Source: an uncultured Chlamydiae bacterium (GTDB lineage: Bacteria > Chlamydiota > Chlamydiia > Chlamydiales > SM23-39). From it: a stretch of 64,000 bases of DNA. Where the stretch lies: the NCBI GenBank assembly GCA_963828125.1, contig CAWHDP010000001.1:192001-256000 (forward strand), read 5' to 3'. A program made the translations under genes and the position numbers. Positions 17,991 to 27,800 of this stretch are shown piece after piece; the stretch's first letter is position 1; every line of letters starts with the position of its first letter. Under the pieces are notes generated by a model that was given only the letters and a program-made list of their open reading frames with translations, was not told the origin of the DNA and ran no database searches.

Positions 17991-18607
17991 TGATCTTTTT
18001 GTTCTCCTTGCAAAGAAGGCTCCGCCGTCAAGTCCATGGTTGCCGTCATCGCAGTCAAAGCGGTCACCGACGTGGGCGCTAACTCAACTTTGTGTAGGAT
18101 GAACTCAAACAAAATTTGTCCCTCGTTCGTTTCTGGATTATGGAACCGTTGGTGACTGCTAGCGTATCCATATTGGGTACTCCTGTTTATTTTATCGTCT
18201 GTAGAGTTTGGTCCTCGTAGGCTCTCGGACATTTTCGATACAGAATGTTTCAACTGTGCGAACAGGCCTAGCACAGCATCAGAAAGTGTCTTAAAATCAT
18301 CTAGAGAGATCGGCGTTACTTTAATTGCCCAATGGGCCATGTGTTGATAGTCTTCACATAAGTATGGTGCTATACTCTCCACAAAATGTTGTATGCACTG
18401 TCCAGCTAATAGACCAACCTGCAAGACGTTAGTCTGTTTAGAGGAAGCGGATAAAATCTCGAGCGTAAAGAAATCAGTACAGAAAGAGACCTGTGCCTTT
18501 GCGTTCTTCAAAGGATGGTTAGGGAGGTGCTTTTGAATGAACGCTCCTGCCCTGCTTAGAGCGCGGTTGCTATCAAACGGGGACGGGTTGCTTGTCGTTG
18601 TGTTCAT
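17987..18607 (-). CDS. hypothetical protein, single-domain member of the unrecognised family (copy B)
   Basis: 206 aa, colinear with copy A, 150/206 identical by hand alignment. Confidence 0.85.
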   Translation of the reverse strand: MNTTTSNPSPFDSNRALSRAGAFIQKHLPNHPLKNAKAQVSFCTDFFTLEILSASSKQTNVLQVGLLAGQCIQHFVESIAPYLCEDYQHMAHWAIKVTPISLDDFKTLSDAVLGLFAQLKHSVSKMSESLRGPNSTDDKINRSTQYGYASSHQRFHNPETNEGQILFEFILHKVELAPTSVTALTAMTATMDLTAEPSLQGEQKDH

Positions 18608-18699
18608 ATCTTACCAATTTACGTAGTGGACGGTGTTTAATTTTTTTTGTTTTCTACGGGGTTATTCATTGCTGAATTGGCTGGCTCCAATTCAACCAT

Positions 18700-18839
18700 G
18701 AGTCTCATGCGAGAAAAAACAAGGGCGCTTTTCGTCCTTTTTTCTTCGAGAAGATTCAAGAATATTCTCTCGTCAAAAATCAAGAAAATCATCCCGAAAC
18801 CCCCTCCCATCTTTTTCTCCCGACATTGCGGATTGGCTC
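18700..18839. mobile_element. MITE family B, degenerate copy (duplicate of 17503-17642)
   Basis: Identical to 17503-17642. Confidence 0.7.
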
Positions 18840-18909
18840 GCGTACCGTTAAAGATGTGGAGAAAATTCTACGACTCGCATGTGTATAAGTCAAGCGAACA
18901 CTTATCGAA

Positions 18910-18938
18910 TTGCAATTTCAGCGCGCATCGGATATGAT
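18910..18938 (+). promoter_or_regulatory. promoter of the phnP-like/hflX/radC operon (duplicated at 17713-17741)
   Basis: TTGCAA-17 nt-TATGAT, 9 nt before ATG 18948. Confidence 0.65.
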
Positions 18939-18947
18939 CGCTCCGTT

Positions 18948-19724
18948 ATGATAGGAACATTTTTATTTTTGGGCACTGGCGCATCGGCGGGCGTCCCGAT
19001 CATCGGCTGCAAGTGTGCTGTTTGCATCTCCACTTCGCGAAAAAACAAGCGTTTCCGCCCCTCGGGGTTGATTCAGCTCGAAGGGAAATCGATCTTGATC
19101 GACATCGGGCCCGATTTTAGGAGCCAGGCGATCCAATTCGGAGTCGAATCGATCGACGGGCTTCTGCTGACTCATACCCACTACGACCATATAGCAGGTA
19201 TTGACGAGGTCCGAATTTTCAATGTGCGGCAAAAAAAACCGCTCCCCTGTCTTCTCTCCAAGGAGAGTTATGAAGAGCTCCAGAGAAGGTATTATTATTT
19301 TTTCGATGTGAAGGGGCAGAGTGCAAAGTTGGACTGTATCCCGTTGGACGGCCAGAGGGGGGAGGTCGAATTTTTGGGGTTGAAAATCGGTTTTTGCAGT
19401 TATTTCCAAAGCGTGATGAAGGTCACTGGCTTTCGGATCGGCGAGTTTGCCTATATTTCCGATATTCACAAAATGGACGACGCCATCATTCAGTCTCTCA
19501 GGGGAGTGCGTAAGCTCGTGGTGAGTGCGTTGGGGGTTGAAGATTCTCCTTTCCACTTCTCTTTTCGGCAGGCTGTTGATTTTGCTGAAAACGTGGGAGC
19601 GGAGGAGACTTGGCTCACTCATGCGGGGCATTTCCTCGATCACGACGCGATCGACGCCCTTTTGCCCGTTAACGTGAGAATGGGGTATGATGGACTCAGG
19701 TGGGAGTTCACATGCACGAATTGA
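18948..19724 (+). CDS. MBL-fold metallo-hydrolase, PhnP-like
   Basis: FLGTGASAGVPIIGCKCAVC, IDIGPDFR, THTHYDH, AYISD, GYDG. Confidence 0.92.
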   Translation: MIGTFLFLGTGASAGVPIIGCKCAVCISTSRKNKRFRPSGLIQLEGKSILIDIGPDFRSQAIQFGVESIDGLLLTHTHYDHIAGIDEVRIFNVRQKKPLPCLLSKESYEELQRRYYYFFDVKGQSAKLDCIPLDGQRGEVEFLGLKIGFCSYFQSVMKVTGFRIGEFAYISDIHKMDDAIIQSLRGVRKLVVSALGVEDSPFHFSFRQAVDFAENVGAEETWLTHAGHFLDHDAIDALLPVNVRMGYDGLRWEFTCTN

Positions 19725-21025
19725 CGGCGCAGCCAAATATAGGCGGAGGGCGTCTTCAGGATCTGGGCCAAGAGGAGAAAAAGGCTCTTCTCGTCGGCAC
19801 GTACACGAGGGATAAAGAGACGTGTGTTGAGCAACTGAACGAATTAGAGAGCTTAGGCAACACCTATGGACTTCAGACGGTACTCAAAATTGCGTGTCCC
19901 ATCCGCGCCTACGATGCGGGGACGTTCATCGGCAGCGGCAAGGTTGAGGAGATCCAGAGTTTGGCGATCCAACACGGCTGCTCGCTGGTTGTTTTTGACG
20001 ATGAGATCTCTCCTCAGCAGCAGAGGAATTTGGAAAAGCTTTTGGAGAGGGTCGTCATTGACCGGACCGAGTTGATTTTGGGAGTCTTTGCCCAGAGGGC
20101 TCAGACCCGCGAGGCGAAAATCCAGATTGAACTGGCTACTTTTCAATACCAAATGCCTCGTTTGAGAAGACTGTGGACCCATTTGCATCGGCAGCGCTCC
20201 GGCGGCGCGGGCGGCGGCGCGGTGAAAGGAGAAGGGGAGAAGCAAATCGAGATCGACCGGCGGATCATCCGGAAACAGATCGATAAGCTCCAAAATGAAC
20301 TCGACGCCGTAAAAAAACAGCGGCAGACCCAAAGGCGGCTCCGCGAGAGAACCCGCATCCCGACATTTGCGATCATCGGCTATACGAATGTTGGCAAATC
20401 GACCTTGCTGAAGGCCTTGACCGACGCCGACGTCCTTGTCGAAGATAAGCTGTTTGCTACCTTAGATCCGACGACAAGGAAATTCGTCCTCCCGAATAAA
20501 CAGGCGATCTTGCTCATCGATACAGTCGGTTTCATTCGGAAAATTCCCCATCAGTTAGTGGCTTCGTTCAAAAGCACTCTCGAGGAGGCGGTGCAGGCCG
20601 ATATCCTCCTCCATTTGATCGACGTCAGTCATCCGGACGCCGAGATGCAGGCGGAGGCGACCATCGAGGTTTTGAAGGAATTGGGGGCAGTGAAGCATCC
20701 AATCGTGACGGTTCTGAATAAAATCGATCAGGCGGAAAATCGGACGATTGTCCAAAAATTGAAAATCAAATACCCAAAAACGGTGGAGCTTTCAGCGCTC
20801 CAAAAAATAGGGTTCGATGCGCTGATGGATCAGATGATTTTGGAGATTTCTCGCCTCCGGAAAGTCGTCAAGCTTCGCGTGCCACAGAGTCACTATGCCT
20901 TAGTGAGCGAGATGATGAGAGAGGGGAAAGTACTCTCTTGTGAATATGAAGAAAACGACATTTTACTCGAGCTGGAAATTCCCCACCATCTCGAGCGGAA
21001 AGCGTCCCATTTTATTGTTTCATGA
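19712..21025 (+). CDS. hflX: ribosome rescue GTPase HflX
   Basis: GYTNVGKST, DKLFATLDPT, DTVGF, NKID, and the GEGEKQIEIDRR linker. Confidence 0.97.
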   Translation: MHELTAQPNIGGGRLQDLGQEEKKALLVGTYTRDKETCVEQLNELESLGNTYGLQTVLKIACPIRAYDAGTFIGSGKVEEIQSLAIQHGCSLVVFDDEISPQQQRNLEKLLERVVIDRTELILGVFAQRAQTREAKIQIELATFQYQMPRLRRLWTHLHRQRSGGAGGGAVKGEGEKQIEIDRRIIRKQIDKLQNELDAVKKQRQTQRRLRERTRIPTFAIIGYTNVGKSTLLKALTDADVLVEDKLFATLDPTTRKFVLPNKQAILLIDTVGFIRKIPHQLVASFKSTLEEAVQADILLHLIDVSHPDAEMQAEATIEVLKELGAVKHPIVTVLNKIDQAENRTIVQKLKIKYPKTVELSALQKIGFDALMDQMILEISRLRKVVKLRVPQSHYALVSEMMREGKVLSCEYEENDILLELEIPHHLERKASHFIVS

Positions 21026-21705
21026 ATTTGAAGAGTCTGCCAGTTGAGGAGCGGCCGAGAGAGCGGATGGCCCGTTATGGGTCCGAGGGGCTCTCGTCGG
21101 TCGAACTGCTGGCCATTCTTTTGGGAAGCGGCACGCAAAACAGATCCGTTCTGGAGCTTGCTGCCGATTTACTGGGCCATTTTGGCTCAGTGAGCGCCCT
21201 TGCTGAGGCGACCCTCCCTGAACTCATGGAAGTGAAAGGGATCGGCGAGGCGAAGGCGATCCAAGTCAAGGCGGCCTTCGGCCTCTTGGGCCGGATCGAA
21301 AAGAGAGTAGAACGGGCTCTCCTCGATGGGCCAGATAGGGTCTACGAGCTGATCCGGGGCGAATTAGAAGGGCAAAAGATCGAAATGCTGATGGTGGTTT
21401 TGCGCGATGTGAAAAGGGGGTATTTGCATCGGGAAGTGATCTCAAAGGGGACGCTCACTGAGCTCCTGCTCCATCCGCGAGAGGTGTTCCATTTGGCGAT
21501 CCGGCATCGGGCTCACAGTCTCATTTTGGCCCACAACCACCCTTCCGGAGATCCCGTTCCATCCACCCGCGATCTCGAGATGACTCAAGTCCTCGTCGCT
21601 GTCGGACAAATGGTGGGGATTGAACTGGCCGATCATCTCATCATCGGATGGGGGCGTTTCACTTCCCTGTTCAACAAGGGGCTTCTCGCCAGATCCTGCT
21701 ACTGA
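21022..21705 (+). CDS. radC: RadC/UPF0758 JAB-domain protein
   Basis: ERPRER..LS..ELLAILLGSG, HhH motif GIGEAKA, HPREVF, HNHPSGD, DHLIIG. Confidence 0.95.
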   Translation: MNLKSLPVEERPRERMARYGSEGLSSVELLAILLGSGTQNRSVLELAADLLGHFGSVSALAEATLPELMEVKGIGEAKAIQVKAAFGLLGRIEKRVERALLDGPDRVYELIRGELEGQKIEMLMVVLRDVKRGYLHREVISKGTLTELLLHPREVFHLAIRHRAHSLILAHNHPSGDPVPSTRDLEMTQVLVAVGQMVGIELADHLIIGWGRFTSLFNKGLLARSCY

Positions 21706-21833
21706 GAGCCCTTCTCGCGGAAAATCCACATCGGGAAATACTGGCCGAATAAAAAAAAATATTTACAAATTGGCGTCCCCTGGTATTATATAAAAATTTT
21801 AGATCCAATCCGTTTGCTGACGTAAGGCGGCAA

Positions 21834-24800
21834 ATGGGGAGAACCACTGTGGAGATTTTCGTGAAAAGTAAGGTCGTTCTGTTTCTTATGTCAAGCGTTG
21901 CGATGCAGCTGCTCGCTACCTCTTATACTTGGAATATATCGAGCAATGGAACTTGGAGCACCGATGCAGATTGGACGCCCAATACCGGATTTCCAAATGG
22001 GACGAGCGATACGGCGGCGTTTCCAGCATTTGCCGCGTCGACAATCGCTGTGAGCGGGATCAATTCCTATACAGTCAATGCACTTACATTTAGCGGAAAT
22101 ACCACAGCCTACACACTGAGCGGAAGCGGCCTCACGATTGGAGGCTCAACGCCCACGATTACCGCAACAGGAACGAAAAATCATGCGATCTCAGTCCCTA
22201 TCACACTCGATACAGCCCTGACGGTCAATGTGGGCTCAGGGGGAACCGTCACTTCATCCGGGGGCATTTCGGGAAGTTTTGGAGTCACTCAATCTGGCGG
22301 GACGGGGGGTTTTATCCTTTCTAACACCAACTCATTCACAGGTGCGATTCTGGTGTCCGCAGGGACTCTTGTGACAGGGACTTCAAATACATTCCCCACG
22401 GCCAGCACGAACACGGTGACTGTCAATTCGCCTGGAGTCATCGATTTATTCAACAATAACAACGCGATGTATTCTCTCGGGGGTTCAGGGACAGTGACGG
22501 CTAGCTATGCGTCAGCGACGCTCACGATTGATAGCTCAAGCACCTTTGGCGGCAGCTTGACGAACCATTTAGGGGTGACGTTAGGGAGTGGAGTGACCCT
22601 CACTCTTTCAGGTTCAGGGAATAGCTACACAGGAGCTACTTCGGTTCCTTCCGGAACGGTTCTTGAAGCAGGGGCGTCTAATTCCCTCCCTTCGGCCTCC
22701 GCGATCACTGTAGGGGGAACGCTCGCTTTGGAAAATTATGCCAATAATGCCATCGGCTCTCTTTTCGGCTCCGGCTCCGTAACGACAAGCGGTTCGGGCG
22801 TGACGCTGCAAATCAACAACGGGGGTATTTTTTCTGGAACATTGCCAAGCAACTTGACCGCTCTGTATCTAAACGGGGGGAGCTTGCAGCTTCTCACTGG
22901 CGCCACTTACCCGTACCCATTCACTGGCGGTTCTGGGGGGCTCGAGATCGGCTCGTTTTCTATGCCTACCGACGATATCACTGTGATCTTTAGTAGCGCG
23001 GGATCTTCCTTTTCAAATACGAGCAGCACGTACTCAGGCGGCACCACGGTTTCTGAGGGGAGCACTTTGGAAGCAGACGCTCAATTTACCTTTTCTAACA
23101 ATTCCGCTGTGACAGTATACGGAACCCTCCAGTTAAATAATTTTTCCAACAGCATCGGCGGTTTAGAGGGAGACGGGACGATCGGGGCTTCCTATAATGT
23201 GATGACGGAGTCGCCTCCGACATTGACCATCTATGGCGGGGGTAATTTCATCGGAAATGGCTGGCCCGTTGTCAGCGGCAATCAATTAGCGGCGCTGAAT
23301 CTAGAAGGCGGCGGAACGTTGCAGTTTATCGATAACACGCAAACATTTCCTTATCCTTTTACCGGGGGATCCGGAGGCATTGAGTTGAGCGATGATTCCA
23401 ATATGACCCTTGAGACGGCCAACACCTATACCGGAGGGACAGCCATTGACGAGCTCAGCACATTGACAGTTCTCTATTCGGGGAATTTTTCCTCGTCAGG
23501 CAATTTTGTTGTGAACGGAACGTTCAATATGAACGATTCGACTACAATGGCTGACAACACGGTGATTACTGTCGGACCTTTGAGTGGGACTGGCACCATT
23601 AATTTGGGAAATCACGCGATTCAAGTTTCCCCAGTCTTCGGCGACTCGTCTAATAATTTTGGCGGCATCCTTACTGGGACTACGCTCAGTGGATATTCCG
23701 GCAATCTCATTATCAATGGCGAGTCTAACGGTACTTTAATCTTATCGGGCTCTGCAAACACTTACCCAGGCGCTACGACGATCACGAGCGGGATTCTCCA
23801 GGCTGGAGAGAACAATACCCTCCCCGCCAATACAGATGTTTTCGTGGCAACCAATGGAACTCTTGCAGTCTCTGACTACTCGATCCAAATCTATAGCCTT
23901 TCCGGATCAGGGGCCGTCACGACGGGTACTTCTCCTACAGCCCTCCTGACCATCACCAATGGATCGACTCCCCATACTGGTTCGGGCACCTTCTCAGGCG
24001 CTATAGTAGATGGAGGATCGGGCGGCGTGGTGATCAATGGAGGGACTTTTACCTGCAGCAATGGGACTCAATTCGCAAACACCTATAGCGGCCCTACAAG
24101 TGTCAATGGGATCGCCGTTTTACAAGCGAATGGAACGAATTCGCTCCCCTATCAATCTCCAATCACTTTAAATGATGCGGCTGTATTGGATATTTCAACA
24201 AATCCATCTAATAACCAGATCGCCGGACTTTACGGCAGTAGCGATTCTACTGTGTTATTGGGGTCGGGCACTCAGCTCACCGTTACAGGTGGAGGGACTT
24301 ATCTTGGCGTGATGAGCGGGGTGGGTCAGTTGATCAATACCACCGAACTTTTAACTCTGGAAGGGGAAAATACTTTCCAAGGGGGGACTACGGTCTCTTC
24401 GGGAACCTTGGCTTTAGCCGGCAACGGTTATCTCTTATCGACAGGCGCCGTATCGGTAACGGGTACTTTCGATGTGAGCGCCATTTCCTCGAATTTTACT
24501 AATATCGGCACTCTGACCGGTTCTGGGATTGTCAACCTCGGAGATAAAGAACTCAGATTGAACCCTACAACCTCTTCTTCTACGTTCAACGGGACGATTC
24601 AAGGTACGGAAGGATCTTTGACTTTAGTGGGAAATGGGAGCGGAAATACCGTGATCCTTACGGGAATCAATAATACTTATACCGGGACGACCTTAGTCAC
24701 CGGTAGCTCTGGCTCACTCGGAACCCTTGAAATCGGAGCGAGCGGGGCTCTTTCTCCTCAAACCAACGTAGTGGTAGAAAACTATGGGGTGTTTCAATTA

Positions 24801-27800
24801 AATCCAGGAACCACGAATACCGCTCTGACCCTCACAAGCTCGGGTGTGGTCAATAACATGTCAGACCCCAGCACGTTTACGGACATTTCAGTGACAGGCG
24901 GGACATTTAATAATACAGGGAATACAGTTCTCACTTTTGACTCCTTCGACATGACTGGCGGACTCTTGATTAACGGAAGTTCTTCGTTAGTGGATACAAG
25001 TTCGATGGGGAGCCTCACTCCCGCTGACCAAGGGCCCTTCATGATCACAGGCGGAACCATTGATAACTACAGCGTATTCAACCTAACCACGTATACCCAA
25101 GGTTCAGAAGCGACTCTCAACATGGAATTTAGCCTGGTTAGTCCTGCGAATGCGCCGCCGCTGATCAGTTGCAGCGGTGACGCCACTCTCGATGGAACCC
25201 TCAACGTCATTTACAACGGGACAGCTCCCGGATCCTTCGCGAGCGCTTATCCATTGATAGAGTCAAACCATAACATTGGCAGCTTTGCGACTACCTCCAT
25301 CAGTGGATTCGGCACTACGCCGCCGCCTGTACTCATCCCCACCTATTCTACTCTTTACCTCTTTTTCGCCTCGACCAACGCCGCTTGGGGACTCAATGGG
25401 AGCGGATCGTGGGATATCGGAAGCGGCGACTATGTGAACTGGCATCCCACTGGAATTCCAGGCGTCGTTGCGGGAAATACGACGATTGTGAACTTTAATG
25501 ACACTCCGATGGGAAGCGCCCCTGATATCACGGTCTCCTTATCAGATGCAGCTGGGACTGGCCCGCTTGCTGTGACTGTATATCAGATGAATTTTGATTC
25601 GTCTATCCATTCCTATACAATTGAACAGTACAACTCTTCCAGTTCCATCACCTTTGCCACATCGAGCGATTCATTAAATACGCAAATCAACGTAATCCTC
25701 GGTTCGCATGAGATTGACGCTCCGATCCTTATCGACACCGGTTTTGCAAACACGGGCGGAGATCTTTATCTAACAGACGGAACTCAATTGACCCTTGGAT
25801 CTAATACAACGATGACGAGCGGATCTACGGACGGCGACTATCTGGAAATTTTTCAAGGCGGCGCAGGCCATCTTGGAACAGGTGAATTGGCGAACAATGG
25901 AAACTTAACGCCGACCGCAATCTATCAATATGGGGCAACTATCTCAAACAGCGGGACGATCAACCCCGACGTATACGGCATTTATCCTGAAGAGGGAGAT
26001 AAGGCCTTTTTCTATAACAGCGGAACGGGTGCTGTCTTGGGTTCCACTGAAGCAGGTTATGATGGAACTACATACATCGGATACTACGGAGGGACTGTCG
26101 AAATTGTGAACAGCGGCACCAACGCTACATTCGGATCCTCCGCAAATGATAATATAATGTTGATTGGGAGCGATGGGTATGGCGGCAGCACAACGATCAC
26201 GAATAGCGGATACAACTCATCCTTTGGTCCCACCGGCCCCAATGGTTATTTCTACACATATGGAGATGGGACCTTGAGTATAACGAATACAGGACTTGGC
26301 AATCTCATGGGAGCTTTCGGAAATGGTGCGATTGTCGAGGCCACCTACGGCACTATTTACAATAGCTCGGGAGCTATTTTCCGCGCGGGGCCAGGGGGAA
26401 GCCTCAACATTGAAGGGGCTCGAATCATCAATGATCTTCGCAGTGTCGTCGGCGGCACGGATCAAGACGTGGTACTCACTTCCGGTCTTCTCAATACGAG
26501 CGGATCCGTTTTGGCCTTTGACTATGAACAAAGCGGTTCGGGTCTGTTGCAAATGAACTTGACCACCTTGCCCAATGTCCTTGGACAAGTGACAGCTGAC
26601 GCTGCCGCGAGTTTGGGTGGCAATTTAGTTGTGAACGCATTACCGGGTTGTAATTTCCCTGCGGGCGATGTAGTGGATCTCATTACAGCTCAATTGGGCG
26701 TGAACGGCACCTTTACATCGGTTGAGTACACAGGGTTTCCCGATACGATCAACCCCTCGATCACGTATCTTCTAAACGCCGTCGTCCTCGATGTGAACCC
26801 CACGGTGAGCGCCTCAACCTCTGCGGGCTCCATTCCCGCTTTTTCGTTCATTTCGACAAACCAAAACAATTTTCAGGTAGGAAGATATATCTCGCAACTG
26901 CATGGGCGTTTAGCTCGCAAAACTCAAAATCAGCAAACGGTTGCTCGCGATGCGATGGAAACCAATCTGCTCGCATCGAACAGCGAGGGTGCAATCGTGG
27001 CGGCAAAGGGAGCTCCTCTCGGCAGCCGAGAGACCCTAAGGAAAGAGACAACGGAGATTCACAACAAGGTCGTTAACCGGATCCCTTCTCGTCCTTGGAA
27101 TTTCTACATGGGGCCCATTGATTCTGTGGGAACCATCGGCGCCAAGAGTTCTACGCAAGCGGGCGTCAGCTATAACTCGATCGGCGCATTGGCCGGTTTT
27201 GATTATGCATTGAGTCGATATGGACTGGGATTTTCCGCCTCTTACGCCAACACAGCGGGGAGAGTCGATCATGGAGGTCGCCTCTCGCTCAATGGCATAC
27301 ATGGGAGCGCATACGGAATCTGGACGCCTGAGAATTTAGATCAGTTAGGGATCAGCGCCATTCTCGGCGGGGGATACGAGTGGATCTCGGTGGATCGAAA
27401 AGCGGGACCTAGCCCTGCCCTTACAGCTCACGGCAGTCCGAATGGAGCGGAGTTCGATGCGCTGCTCGGCGTAGAATATATCTTCTCAAACAGGCAGTTC
27501 TCCGCATTTCCGCAACACTTGCAGTTAACCCCCCTTGCAAACCTCCAGTACATCGGCGCCTGGATTGATTCGTACAATGAGACAAATGGAGGGCAGTTCG
27601 CTCTCAATGTGAAGAACCAGTCCCCCAATTCCCTCAGATCGCTTCTTGGCGCTAGACTCGATTACACCTATGTAACGAGCCAGATGACCTTTAAGCAAGA
27701 GTTCGATATCGGCTGGCAATACGAGTATTTAGATGATGCCCGGCAGTTGAATTTTGCGACGGTCAACCTAGCTTCAACCAAAGTTGTCGGTACACAAGTG

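Larger units (their letters stand above)
16718..19108 (+). repeat. direct tandem duplication, period 1197 bp (units about 16718-17911 and 17913-19108)
   Basis: ORF pairs are offset by exactly 1197 nt; 17411-17911 vs 18608-19108 differ at one base. Confidence 0.97.

Noticed and set aside
16790..18607. Diversity-generating retroelement TR/VR pair
   Set aside because: Substitutions are not confined to adenines in either direction, third-position A's are almost all untouched, both copies are full genes, and there is no reverse transcriptase in the window.
17450..18937. Identical 96-aa ORFs at 17450-17740 and 18647-18937, and similar ORFs at 15389-15685 and 15492-15695
   Set aside because: They run across MITE B and promoter DNA; their identity reflects the duplication, not coding constraint.
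21022..21705. radC as a marker of a mobile element
   Set aside because: It is the full-length HhH+JAB chromosomal form, translationally coupled to hflX, with no integrase nearby.
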